Shown in pieces: positions 40,734 through 50,193 of a DNA stretch of 64,000 nucleotides. Below the pieces are notes generated by a model. The model worked only from the letters and a program-made list of their open reading frames with translations, did no database searches and was not told where the DNA came from. Source of the stretch: Thermodesulfobacteriota bacterium (GTDB lineage Bacteria > Desulfobacterota_D > UBA1144 > Nemesobacterales > UBA2774); contig OY729416.1 in NCBI GenBank assembly GCA_963422265.1, positions 320,001 through 384,000 on the forward strand, given 5' to 3'. Position 1 is the first letter of the stretch; each line of letters opens with the position of its first letter. The position numbers and the translations under genes were made by a program.

Positions 40734-42273
40734 CTGGTGCTGGGCGTATTATATCTGCTATCAAATTGTTGCTGAGCTCTATGGCTGCGTTCTCATCGGA
40801 TTTGGCTATTTCAATAACCCTGTGGACTTCACCATCATCTATAAGATCAAGTTGTTTCTGGCTCGGGCACATACATTCATTGAGGTCACCGGGTTCGAAT
40901 TTATCCAAACCTGACCCATAACTCCGTTTGTTCGTTTTAGCTATAGACTGGCCGATGTCACTAATTAAATACATAAACAATTTATCAATATATTGCTCAC
41001 CAAACATATTAGGGTAAAAGGAATGATAACATGAGAAGTTAATTACCGTTGTCATGTTTCTAATAACTTTTAATCTCCCTCTATTAAAAACGCCTACAAG
41101 TATTGGCGCCGGTTTTCTGTACTCAATACTGTACCAAGGTTCTCTGCTCTTAGTCAGGTATCTTTTATGAAATCCTTTTTCTTCTCCTAGCTCTATATAA
41201 GACATTACGCCTTTTCTGTTGTGCTCTTGCACGTCAAGACAATACACGGGTTTATTATCATTTGATAAGATGTCAAAGTCTTCCTCGGTGAAGACTATTT
41301 TTTTAACTTGAGCACTTTTCGTGATGCACTTAGAAATGTTCTTCTGTGTAAGATCATATTCTCTGATAGATGGCAATGTAAGTGAAAAAAACTCGTTTGC
41401 ACCAGTTGCTAATCCTCTCTTAAATGAACCGTATAGTGAGAATCTACAGAACTCGTCCGGAATATGCTGACCTTTGTACAGTGCCGTTATAATCGGGGTC
41501 CATTTTTTATCAAATGGTAAAGCTGAACGAACTAACCTATGGTCGTAGTTTTGTTCTATATTCATCTCAGCGTTTAACCTATCATTGCTATCGATCAAGG
41601 TTATTTTTATAGACTCTTCTTTCTTGCTATTTTCACAAAGCAGAATACAAACCGTAGTCGTGGCATCAGGAAATACCTCTTCCTCGTTGCCGAAGATAAT
41701 GATTTGCTTCAAAAGATTGTTGTTAAGTAGGCTTTTCTTGATTTCCTTACCATATCCCGTATTAAAGAACTCAAAAGGCATGATAAAAGCTAGGCGACCG
41801 TTCTCTTTCAGCTCTTGAAGTGCTTTTACAAGAAATACTGACGAAATATTTGAGTATCCAACGAGCTTTTTTCCAATCTTGCCTTCAATTTTTGCTAAGA
41901 TATTATGCCTGTTAAGAAATTTCTGGAATCTCATATATGGCGGATTACATATAATCGCATCAAATTTCCCATTATCTGCTTCTAAGTAGTCATTATTTAT
42001 AATGTTGAGGTTGTTTGAGGACATGTATTCTGAAAAAGATAGGATGTTCTCGTCGATTTCATAAGCGGTGTATTTTATCTTCGTTGGATTAATTGTCTTT
42101 GATATAGCTTCATAAAATATGCCTAAGCCAAATGAGGGGTCCAGAATGGATGTAGGTCTTATCTTGCAAACCCAAGATGCCATAGCCCTGGCAATAGGGG
42201 CCGGTGTAAAAAATTGACCAAATTCCTTCCTATAATCGATGGGTGTAGCCGATATATATTCTGCTTCACGCAT
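40714..42273 (-). CDS. N6-adenine DNA methyltransferase (gamma type), cognate to the AccI-like REase
   Basis: GQFFTP, motif I DPSFGLG, motif IV NPPY, RGLATGANEFF; overlaps the 3' end of the REase. Confidence 0.88.
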   Translation of the reverse strand: MREAEYISATPIDYRKEFGQFFTPAPIARAMASWVCKIRPTSILDPSFGLGIFYEAISKTINPTKIKYTAYEIDENILSFSEYMSSNNLNIINNDYLEADNGKFDAIICNPPYMRFQKFLNRHNILAKIEGKIGKKLVGYSNISSVFLVKALQELKENGRLAFIMPFEFFNTGYGKEIKKSLLNNNLLKQIIIFGNEEEVFPDATTTVCILLCENSKKEESIKITLIDSNDRLNAEMNIEQNYDHRLVRSALPFDKKWTPIITALYKGQHIPDEFCRFSLYGSFKRGLATGANEFFSLTLPSIREYDLTQKNISKCITKSAQVKKIVFTEEDFDILSNDNKPVYCLDVQEHNRKGVMSYIELGEEKGFHKRYLTKSREPWYSIEYRKPAPILVGVFNRGRLKVIRNMTTVINFSCYHSFYPNMFGEQYIDKLFMYLISDIGQSIAKTNKRSYGSGLDKFEPGDLNECMCPSQKQLDLIDDGEVHRVIEIAKSDENAAIELSNNLIADIIRPAPASYHLL

Positions 42274-43324
42274 TTACAATATCTCTCATGAATACTTCTT
42301 CATCTAAATACCCTTTTCCACCTTCAAAAGTTACGTAGAACAGCAATCGTCCGCGATCTAGTTCCTTCATTGATGATGCGTGCTCTGGCATATCAATTTT
42401 ACCGAGAACCTCTTTACCAATTTTCACATTGACTTTTATCGTGGTTTTGCCCTGATTTTTTACGTCTCGCTCAATAGAAAAATTTGTTTCTTCATTGTTA
42501 TCATCAGAAACTAATTCTAAGATATTCTTAAAAGAGATTATATATGCTTTATCAAAGAATACCTGCAGGTAGAAATGTCTAACGTTATAAGTTTGAATCC
42601 ATCGGTTAACCAAGGCGATGTCTTCTAGTTTTGGCGTAATGCTAAGGTAGTCACGTTTGTGTAGCGTCTTTATGTTTGCTTTTAATTTTCTTAACTCCTC
42701 TTTCAATTCTCTGAGTTGTTGTGTCAGCGACCATGAAGGCAGTCTAAAATCAATATCTCTGAACGTTTGTTCAGTGGCGCCTAATAGCATCTCATAAATT
42801 GCCCCACTCTTTCTTTTAAGAATTTGTCCAAATTCACTATTAAGGATATTGCCTTGTATTTCTTTACATTTGGTTAAAGCTGACTCCTGTCTGTTTTGCA
42901 TAAATGAGGCATATTTTTCTACAAGAAAAGAGCTAGACCGCACTTCTAATGCGGCTACTGCACGTCTGACTTTCTTATCGTTTTCTATATCAACTTGTTT
43001 ACTTGGAAAATCATTGACTCTGAAAATTAATAGATCAGGTCTTTTTCCAATGGTGTTTAGCTCTTTCTGATACCTAGAATAAAACTCTGCAAATCCCTTG
43101 TCACCTGCTGCTATGGATTCTGCCCTGCCATACTTGACAGAGAAATAATCGGTAGAGTTTTCATTTATAGCTTTATGGATTATATTCTCCGCCCAATCGC
43201 CTTGTTCTTTATTAGTAAGAAATTCAGAGCTAGCCATAGTAGGTGGGCGGTCTTTCATCTCGATCTCGGTATCTATCTCGAGAGGAGACTCTACAATTAG
43301 TTCTTGAATCTTATCCTTGTACAT
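42266..43324 (-). CDS. AccI-family type II restriction endonuclease
   Basis: ASSEFLTNKEQGDWAE, GKRPDLLIF, EVRSS.FL, KRDYLSITPK.ED, QVFFDK and DRGRLLFYVTF blocks match my recollection of R.AccI (GTMKAC). Not verified by search. Confidence 0.82.
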   Translation of the reverse strand: MYKDKIQELIVESPLEIDTEIEMKDRPPTMASSEFLTNKEQGDWAENIIHKAINENSTDYFSVKYGRAESIAAGDKGFAEFYSRYQKELNTIGKRPDLLIFRVNDFPSKQVDIENDKKVRRAVAALEVRSSSFLVEKYASFMQNRQESALTKCKEIQGNILNSEFGQILKRKSGAIYEMLLGATEQTFRDIDFRLPSWSLTQQLRELKEELRKLKANIKTLHKRDYLSITPKLEDIALVNRWIQTYNVRHFYLQVFFDKAYIISFKNILELVSDDNNEETNFSIERDVKNQGKTTIKVNVKIGKEVLGKIDMPEHASSMKELDRGRLLFYVTFEGGKGYLDEEVFMRDIVNA

Positions 43325-43341
43325 ACGTTTTTTTGCTTACC

Positions 43342-43549
43342 CTATGGCTTCTTTTCATACATAGTCAACCCGACGCGCTGTATATGATCAATCCGCTGAT
43401 ATCCCGCAATATGGATAGGTCAATATCGGAGCCATTTTTATAGGCGCCTTTGGCATGGGAGTCATATAAAACTGCTTTTTCCACTTGTGGGTAACAGGAA
43501 ATACTGAGCGTATTTTTTGAATAGCATGTTTTGGTAAACCGTATTTCAT
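43342..43549 (-). pseudogene. Minimal nucleotidyltransferase (MNT antitoxin) remnant
   Basis: Manual translation: MKYGLPKHAIQKIRSV(frameshift)..YPQVEKAVLYDSHAKGAYKNGSDIDLSI..(deletion)..IDHIQRVGLTMYEKKP*. The GSRAKG motif is degraded and SDIDL retained. Confidence 0.7.
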
Positions 43550-43972
43550 GCCGATTTCTCCTGCTTCAGTCTCTCTAGTTCGGTTTGCAACGCCTGGAAT
43601 CCTATAAAGTATCTGTCAAGAATTGCCGTAATAAACTGGGAAGCGGTAGCTTCATTATTAGGTGTGCGAGGTCAGGTTGCGGCTTTGGATCATATCCATC
43701 TATTCTTCACCATTTTCAATCAAGCCCGCCTTGAAAGCGGCCCGCGTCGTGTCCCTTGACCCTTATAGATTCTGCACGCCGCTCTCTCCAAGAAAGTCTT
43801 TCAAGGTGCTCCATGCTAACTCATGCGTATATTCAAAACCTTGTATCAAACTCTGTGCTTTCAGCTTTAAGGGTTGGTGGTGCTTCCCTAGTTTTACTGC
43901 CTCTTTCAGTTGGGAAAAAACCTTATGTAAATGGTTTGACCTTTGAATCCGGCGGATGTCTTGGCTACTCAT
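43546..43972 (-). pseudogene. HEPN (HI0074-like nucleotidyltransferase substrate-binding) toxin remnant
   Basis: LIQGFEYTHELAW.TLKDFL..VQNL*GSRDTTRAAFKAGLIENGEE*MDMIQSRNLTSHT(frameshift)YNE..; RX4H motif RNLTSH, two in-frame stops, one frameshift; ATGA overlap with the MNT gene. Confidence 0.75.
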
Positions 43973-44199
43973 AATAGAACTCTATTTCTTAGATGGATAC
44001 GACAGATTCGAACAGTATCGATCAGTATTATAAAAAGAAAGTTCACCAGCGTCAAAGGAGATGGCTTGTTAGGATAACGCGTTAGGAATTCCTAAACGGT
44101 ATTAACACCACGGTATTGTATGTTACAATATCACCTATTATAAAATTATACGCTGAAATTGTTTCAGTAGACTTTGTCTCCTAAGCAAGCAAATGTCTT

Positions 44200-47178
44200 A
44201 TGAATTTTGGTCCTGTCCCTAACTTCTATCGGCAAACAATCAGTCCAATGTGTGCTAGAGGTGCTAATGTCACGGGGCTAGGCTTCATGCTGTCCGCTTT
44301 TTTGATAGTATGTTGTGGTATGATGCTACCTTCTTGCAGTAAACACGTCCTTAGTCCAAGCTGGGGAGAGGAGAAAAAAAGTATGAGTAATAGAAACGCT
44401 TCCCCTGCTTCTGCTGGGGGCGGGTTCTCAGCTCAGATTGAGGGAGAGATGCCTGTTCTAACTACTCCACGAGGGGACAACTTGGAGAGTGGTATGAAAA
44501 AAGAAGCATGTTATGAGAGAAACCGAGAAAACTGTATAGAAAAGTATAGACTTGATAACGGGCTTACAGTAATACTCGAGGAGAACCATTCCTCTCCTGT
44601 GGTAGCCGTAAACGTCTGGGTGAAAACTGGGAGCGCGTGTGAGAATGAAGGAGAATATGGACTTGCTCACGTGCACGAACACATGCTATTTAAGGGCACT
44701 ACAAAGAGAGATGTAGGTGAGATCGCAAAGGTGATAGAAAGTAGCGGTGGGGACATTAACGCCTTTACCTCTTTTGATGAGACCGTTTACTACGTCGTGA
44801 TAGCAAGCAGGTTCCTAGACACTGCCCTTGACGTGCTTGCAGATGCTATCCAGAATTCTACGTTCAATCCTCAAGAGCTTAAGAAAGAGCTGGAAGTAGT
44901 GCTCGAAGAGATAAGAAGGGGCAAAGACTCACCCGGCAGGAACCTAAGTGAAAAGATGTTCCGGGTGGCTTTCGAGAAGCACCCTTATGGAAGGAGCGTT
45001 ATAGGAAGCGTTGATAGCGTAAGGAGTTTTTCCCGTCAAAGCGTCACGGATTTTTATAAGAAATGGTATTCTCCGAACAACATAGTTCTCATAGTTGTAG
45101 GGGACTTTAACGCTGAGAAGATCAAGCCTAAAATAGATGAGCTTTACGGAGGATTCCCGTCAAAAAAGCTCCCCGAGTGCGTGATTGAGAACGAACCGGA
45201 ACAGAGGGAGATGAGGGCTTTTATAATTGATAAACCCATTCAGGAGTGTTATTTCTCAATAGCTTACCATATTCCAAACGCCACAGGTGAAGATACTCCG
45301 GCACTTGACGTTCTTTCCTATGTGCTAGGAGGCAGCGAGAGTTCAAGATTATATAGAAATATTAAGGAAGAAAAAGGGCTTGTAAATAGCATTTACGCTT
45401 ATAGCTATACGCCTAAGCATGAAGGGATTTTTGTCATAGGAGGGACGGTAGATACTGACAAGGCTAAAGAAGCTCTGGCTGAGATTATAAAAGAGATTAG
45501 CCGCTTTAAGTATGAACCAGTAGATAACGATGAGCTTTCCCGAGTAAAGGTCAATATAGAAACCGACGCTATTTATACTAAACAGACTATGCAGGGTCAG
45601 GCGCAGAAGCTTGGTTTTTACGAGGTTAAGACCGGCGATTTCAGATATGAGGATGAATATTTGGACAGGGTCAATAGGACGAGCAGAGATGACGTGATTC
45701 TAGTTGCCAGAAAGTATTTTAACGATGACAATCTCACTGCAGGCTTCCTTTTCCCATCCACTCAAATTACTATGACCGAAGATGAGATCAAGACTGTTGC
45801 AAAGGCTTCCGCTAAGGAGGTGGAAATCGCCCATCGGACGACGAAAGAGCGTAAGACGGAAAAACTCGTGGAAAAAGATCTTATGGACGAGACAATTCTC
45901 TACCCGGATACGTTAAGTGGAGAAAGCGCGGGGGATTATGCTAGAAAGCACGTGCTTGATAATGGGATAACGGTTCTGATTAAGAAGAACAGTTCGGTCC
46001 CTCTGTTTGCGGCGAGGGCTGCATTTTTAGGTGGGGTGAGATATGAGACTGTATCTACTAATGGGTTATCAAATTTCGTGTCTGAAATGCTGACAAGAGG
46101 CACGAAAAAAAGGAGTACAGAGGAGATAGCGCGCCAGATAGAATCTTTAGCGGGTGAGGTAGAGGGTTTTTCAGGCAGGAATAGCTTCGGAGTGACCGTT
46201 GAGTCCCTAAGCAAAAACTTTGACGAAGCATTTGAAATATTCGCCGACGTGTTGCTCAATCCATCGTTTGACGAAGATGAGATAAAGCGCGCTAGAAGGG
46301 AAATTTTGGCTGAAATAAACAGGCAGGGCGATAATCTCCCTAGCACCACCGTAAACCTTTTTTTGCGCGCTTTGTTCAGTAAACATCCTTATGGATTAAA
46401 CCCGCTCGGCAGTATAGAGACAGTAAGCAAGTTTAATGAAAATGACTTGAAAATATTTTATCAAAGCCATGCGCGACCTGAAGACATGGTTATTTCAGTC
46501 GTTGGAGACGTTGATGAAGATTATATGTTGGATGCGGTTAAAAAACAGTTTGGAAGTTTCAAAAGGGTGGATAAACCTGCCCCAAAACTTAATCCAGAGG
46601 TGCCTCCTTCCAAAATTACAAAAAGGGTAGAGAACAAAAAGGACAAAGCGCAGACGCATATAGTAATGGGATTCCTCGCCCCCTCACTTAGGGATGATGA
46701 CTACTATGTTTTTGAATTGCTCAACACCGTCTTGTCAGGGCAGGGTGGGAGACTTTTTCTTGAACTAAGGGATCGTAAAAGCCTCGCTTACACCGTAACT
46801 TCGTTTTATACGCCTGGGCTTGAGCCTGGATTCTTCGGTTTGTATATTGGGACTGCTCCCCATAAGGAGCAAGAGGCGACCTTAGGAATGAAGGAACAGT
46901 TGGCGTCCTTGCTAAAACAAGGAATAACCGATGATGAGTTAAAAAGAGCTCAGAATTATTTGGTGGGAGACTTTGAAATTGGCCTCCAGCGAAATTCTTC
47001 TCAGGCGGCTAAAATTGGCTTTGATGAGTTATACGGCTTAGGATGGGAGGAATATAAGAAATATCCTGAAAAGATATATGCCGTTACCAAAGAAGACGTG
47101 TTAAGAGCAGCGAGGAAGTATATCAATCTCGACACTTATACGCTTGCAATAGTAAAACCCGAAAGCTTGTCTCAATAA
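44200..47178 (+). CDS. M16 family zinc metallopeptidase (pitrilysin/PqqL-like, two fused halves)
   Basis: Inverted zincin motif HVHEH.LFKGT, NAFTSFDET and SSRLY; the second half lacks HxxEH. Start uncertain (44200, 44287 with a possible LPSC lipobox, or 44494 with a GGAG RBS). Confidence 0.9.
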   Translation: MNFGPVPNFYRQTISPMCARGANVTGLGFMLSAFLIVCCGMMLPSCSKHVLSPSWGEEKKSMSNRNASPASAGGGFSAQIEGEMPVLTTPRGDNLESGMKKEACYERNRENCIEKYRLDNGLTVILEENHSSPVVAVNVWVKTGSACENEGEYGLAHVHEHMLFKGTTKRDVGEIAKVIESSGGDINAFTSFDETVYYVVIASRFLDTALDVLADAIQNSTFNPQELKKELEVVLEEIRRGKDSPGRNLSEKMFRVAFEKHPYGRSVIGSVDSVRSFSRQSVTDFYKKWYSPNNIVLIVVGDFNAEKIKPKIDELYGGFPSKKLPECVIENEPEQREMRAFIIDKPIQECYFSIAYHIPNATGEDTPALDVLSYVLGGSESSRLYRNIKEEKGLVNSIYAYSYTPKHEGIFVIGGTVDTDKAKEALAEIIKEISRFKYEPVDNDELSRVKVNIETDAIYTKQTMQGQAQKLGFYEVKTGDFRYEDEYLDRVNRTSRDDVILVARKYFNDDNLTAGFLFPSTQITMTEDEIKTVAKASAKEVEIAHRTTKERKTEKLVEKDLMDETILYPDTLSGESAGDYARKHVLDNGITVLIKKNSSVPLFAARAAFLGGVRYETVSTNGLSNFVSEMLTRGTKKRSTEEIARQIESLAGEVEGFSGRNSFGVTVESLSKNFDEAFEIFADVLLNPSFDEDEIKRARREILAEINRQGDNLPSTTVNLFLRALFSKHPYGLNPLGSIETVSKFNENDLKIFYQSHARPEDMVISVVGDVDEDYMLDAVKKQFGSFKRVDKPAPKLNPEVPPSKITKRVENKKDKAQTHIVMGFLAPSLRDDDYYVFELLNTVLSGQGGRLFLELRDRKSLAYTVTSFYTPGLEPGFFGLYIGTAPHKEQEATLGMKEQLASLLKQGITDDELKRAQNYLVGDFEIGLQRNSSQAAKIGFDELYGLGWEEYKKYPEKIYAVTKEDVLRAARKYINLDTYTLAIVKPESLSQ

Positions 47179-47233
47179 AAGTATATACTCGTGAAAACGG
47201 GTAAGGGCAAGAGGTTTGGTTCTCTCGGTATTA

Positions 47234-48088
47234 TCACCAACGCTTCCCATAAAGCTTTTCGGCATTATTCCAAAATATATCTTCCTTTAACTTTTCCGAT
47301 ATATCGGCGCCTTCTATTTTCCAGTATTCCGAGGCGAAATCGCTCCAGGGAATGTCCGAACCAAAAAGGAACCTGTCGCCTCCTATTCCTCTTTCCTCAA
47401 TTTCCTTGAGCAACCAGGTTGAACCAAACCCGACTGCCCACGACGAGTCGGTATAGACTTGATAGCCCTCTTGAACCAAGTCAAAGAATTTAGGCACGAA
47501 TTTTATATGGCCGCTAACCCCGCCACCCATGTGAACGACGTGTATTTTAACCTGTTTTCCGTATTCCTTAATTAGAGCCAGAGCGTTGTCAATATCAGAG
47601 CCCCCGCCTGGGCTTGTATGTATATGTAGAGGCATATCGTTATTGGCTGCTGTATCCAGAATCTTCTTCCATAGCTTAGAAGACTCATCATCCCACTGAG
47701 CAGGGTCAAAGGTGCCTCCGAGAAGACAAGTAGTTTTTAATCCAACTAAGCCTTTTTCACCAACCAACTTTAGCGCCTCTTCTGTGCGCTCCTTATCTTT
47801 AGGTAGTGCTGAAACCCAGATTAACCCTAGAAGGCGATCGGTGGATTGAACACTTTCCCCAACTAACGGATTCAACGTAAATGGTTGAGCAGAATCGGGG
47901 TAGCCGTAATTAGACATGATTAACGCGCGTTCTACTCCGTGATCATCCATTCCCTTAACGTAGTCGTCAGTTTTGTCGTAGTCTGTTGTAGGTTTGACCG
48001 CTTGAGGAAGACCATAATACGCAAAACCGGGCACGGGACCTATGTGGCTGTGATTGTCAAAAACCTTCTTTCTTTTTACAGTATTCAT
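47234..48088 (-). CDS. Amidohydrolase superfamily (TIM-barrel, Amidohydro_2-like) metalloenzyme
   Basis: Metal ligands DNHSH, HIHT, HVVHMGG and FGSD.PW; ends IFWNNA..LY; AGGAGG RBS. Confidence 0.85.
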   Translation of the reverse strand: MNTVKRKKVFDNHSHIGPVPGFAYYGLPQAVKPTTDYDKTDDYVKGMDDHGVERALIMSNYGYPDSAQPFTLNPLVGESVQSTDRLLGLIWVSALPKDKERTEEALKLVGEKGLVGLKTTCLLGGTFDPAQWDDESSKLWKKILDTAANNDMPLHIHTSPGGGSDIDNALALIKEYGKQVKIHVVHMGGGVSGHIKFVPKFFDLVQEGYQVYTDSSWAVGFGSTWLLKEIEERGIGGDRFLFGSDIPWSDFASEYWKIEGADISEKLKEDIFWNNAEKLYGKRW

Positions 48089-48111
48089 CTGATGATCCTC
48101 CTTTGGTTTTT

Positions 48112-48489
48112 TTAATGCGTCCCGATAGTTTCTCCAACTCGTTTACGCATAGATTTTTCAATAGATGTAGCTGTTTCTCCTTCATCAAGGCGCGCAGCCA
48201 CTTCCTTAAAGTCATCTCCATATCCCCCACGCGACTTTTGGCTAGCTTTTTTCATAACGTTCGCTAGGGACTTTGAATCTTCTAGACCTGGGCTATTTTT
48301 TGATGCCTCAGGAGTTTGTGAGGCAACTTTCCTGTGCATAACGGACACGTTGGAGAACACTCTCTCAAGTCTATCTCTACTACCGCATTCAGGGCAACTC
48401 GATTGTAGCTCGTTTGCTTCTGAAAGGCTAAAAAAGAATATCTCAACGTCTTTATTACACTCTAAACAGTGGTATTCATATATAGGCAT
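48112..48489 (-). CDS. FmdB-family zinc-ribbon protein
   Basis: MPIYEYHC..C...CPECG...LER..S pattern. Confidence 0.85.
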   Translation of the reverse strand: MPIYEYHCLECNKDVEIFFFSLSEANELQSSCPECGSRDRLERVFSNVSVMHRKVASQTPEASKNSPGLEDSKSLANVMKKASQKSRGGYGDDFKEVAARLDEGETATSIEKSMRKRVGETIGTH

Positions 48490-48519
48490 TTAGTTTTTCT
48501 TATAGTTTATATTTTTATA

Positions 48520-48548
48520 ATTGTAGGAAATATTATCTTTATAGTCAA
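48520..48548 (-). promoter_or_regulatory. Sigma70 promoter for the fmdB-amidohydrolase operon
   Basis: On the minus strand: TTGACT (48548-48543), a 17-nt spacer, then TACAAT (48525-48520). Confidence 0.65.
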
Positions 48549-48709
48549 CCGTTAGTTTTGGGGCTTATATATTTCATAGCCAAATCTGCCCCCGCGTCAA
48601 CTTCTTATAAATATAAACTATCCTATACATGAACTTGATTGGGGGATGGGGAAACGATTTCTCCCTATACGTCAAATCTATATGAGTCCCTTGGTTTAAT
48701 TTACTAAAG

Positions 48710-48738
48710 TTGACAATCTATTCAATATAGTGAATATT
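48710..48738 (+). promoter_or_regulatory. Promoter with an overlapping palindromic operator upstream of the GNAT gene
   Basis: TTGACA at 48710 followed by the palindrome TATTCA-atatag-TGAATA (48719-48736); the -10 element is weak. Confidence 0.5.
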
Positions 48739-48744
48739 TTGTAA

Positions 48745-49209
48745 GTGATACCCATGGAAAAGTTTGTATTCAAAATAGTGGAGAATAAAAAGGATCTTGA
48801 AGCGTATTTTAAGTTGCGTCACAACGTATTTGTTAAGGAACAAGCGATTTTTGATGAAACCGACTTAGATGAATGCGATACAGAGCCTTTTCACAAAGCC
48901 GTGCACGTTGTAGCTTTGAAAGAGTCGGATGGTCAGATAGTGGGTGCCGTCAGGTGTTACAGGAAGGAAGGTACTACTTGGTTCGGGGGTCGCCTTAGCG
49001 CATCAAAAGGTTATCGGAATGGTAGGGTGGGAGTGGGGCTTATTAAGTTTGCGGTAAGCATAATGAAAAAAGAGAATTGCTCAAAATTTCTCGCTTACGT
49101 GCAGCCTCAAAACGTAAAGTTTTTCGTAAGATTAGGTTGGAAATCGATAGGAGAGCCCGAGATATATCACGGACTTTCTCATCAGCTTATGGAAGCCTGT
49201 TTAGATTAA
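48745..49209 (+). CDS. GNAT N-acetyltransferase, MSMEG_0567 N-terminal / Sll0786 (Nit1C) type
   Basis: LRH.VFV.EQ.IF..TD.DE.D, VGAVR, WFGGRL, F.A.VQ.QN..FF.RLGW and H.LM motifs; cluster context. Start GTG 48745 or ATG 48754. Confidence 0.82.
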   Translation: MIPMEKFVFKIVENKKDLEAYFKLRHNVFVKEQAIFDETDLDECDTEPFHKAVHVVALKESDGQIVGAVRCYRKEGTTWFGGRLSASKGYRNGRVGVGLIKFAVSIMKKENCSKFLAYVQPQNVKFFVRLGWKSIGEPEIYHGLSHQLMEACLD

Positions 49210-49223
49210 CCTAAAGGGTAGTA

Positions 49224-50186
49224 ATGAAGCAATTAATTAAGAGTCTGAAAAAATCTGATAGCTTAGTCCAGAAAGAAACTATTCAAAAAATCTGGAGCTA
49301 TTTCCCTCAAATCTCCGATATAGACGGAGGAGAAGTTCTTCTAGGGGATGATGCCGCCGCTATAGAATTTGGAAACAGTTACTTACTAATTGCAGGAGAG
49401 GGGGTTTATCCACCACTTCTAAAGTTGTCTCCCTACCTTGCGGGGCGTGTTTCGGTTCTTACAAACGTGAACGATATATATGCGATGGGTGGACGGCCTA
49501 TGGCTATTGTTGACGTGCTTATTTCCGATTGTGATGAAAACATGAAAGACGTTCTTAGCGGTATAAAGGAAAATGCAGCCCGCTACAGGGTGCCTGTAGT
49601 AGGGGGGCACGTATCGCAGGATTCTGGATGTTCCTCTCTTTCAGTTTTTATAATAGGTAAAGCTGAAAAGATACTATCAAGCTTTAACGCTCAAAAAGGG
49701 GATGACTTAGTTTTTGTATTTAATCCTAACGGCAAGTTTGTTTCTGGATTTAACTTCTGGGATTCCTCCAGCACCCTCGAAAGCAGCAAAGCGATTAAGG
49801 ATTTAGAGTTAATTGCGGAAGCTGCAGAGGAAGGCTTAGCAGACGCCGCTAAAGACGTAAGTATGAGTGGATTGATAGGCTCCCTCTTGATGATTCTTGA
49901 GAGCTCTCAAGTAGGAGCGGAAATCAACGTTGATACTATTTTGCGACCTTGCAACGTTCCGTTAGCCAAGTGGTTAGTAACGTTTCCTAGCTTTGGTTTC
50001 ATTTTCTCATTAAGACCCGAAAAGACATCGGTGTTTAAGGATAAGTTCAGCGCTTCATCTCTGAGTTGTGAGAGTATTGGAAGGGTCGTAAAGGAGAAGA
50101 GGGTTTATTTTATTAAGGGTGAAAGGGAAAAGGAGCTTTTTTGGAATATCGAGGAGACACCATTTATTGGGGTTAACCTGAGGTAG
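49224..50186 (+). CDS. AIR synthase (PurM/SelD/ThiL/HypE)-related protein, Sll0787 type
   Basis: LGDDAA, NVNDIYAMGGRP, PVVGGH, KDVSM.G..GS..M.LE.S and W...FPSFGF motifs. Confidence 0.85.
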   Translation: MKQLIKSLKKSDSLVQKETIQKIWSYFPQISDIDGGEVLLGDDAAAIEFGNSYLLIAGEGVYPPLLKLSPYLAGRVSVLTNVNDIYAMGGRPMAIVDVLISDCDENMKDVLSGIKENAARYRVPVVGGHVSQDSGCSSLSVFIIGKAEKILSSFNAQKGDDLVFVFNPNGKFVSGFNFWDSSSTLESSKAIKDLELIAEAAEEGLADAAKDVSMSGLIGSLLMILESSQVGAEINVDTILRPCNVPLAKWLVTFPSFGFIFSLRPEKTSVFKDKFSASSLSCESIGRVVKEKRVYFIKGEREKELFWNIEETPFIGVNLR

Positions 50187-50193
50187 GATAAGG

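Noticed and set aside
43662-43974. Plus-strand ORFs 43662..43946 and 43756..43974
   Set aside because: Antisense to the HEPN pseudogene, which explains the region.
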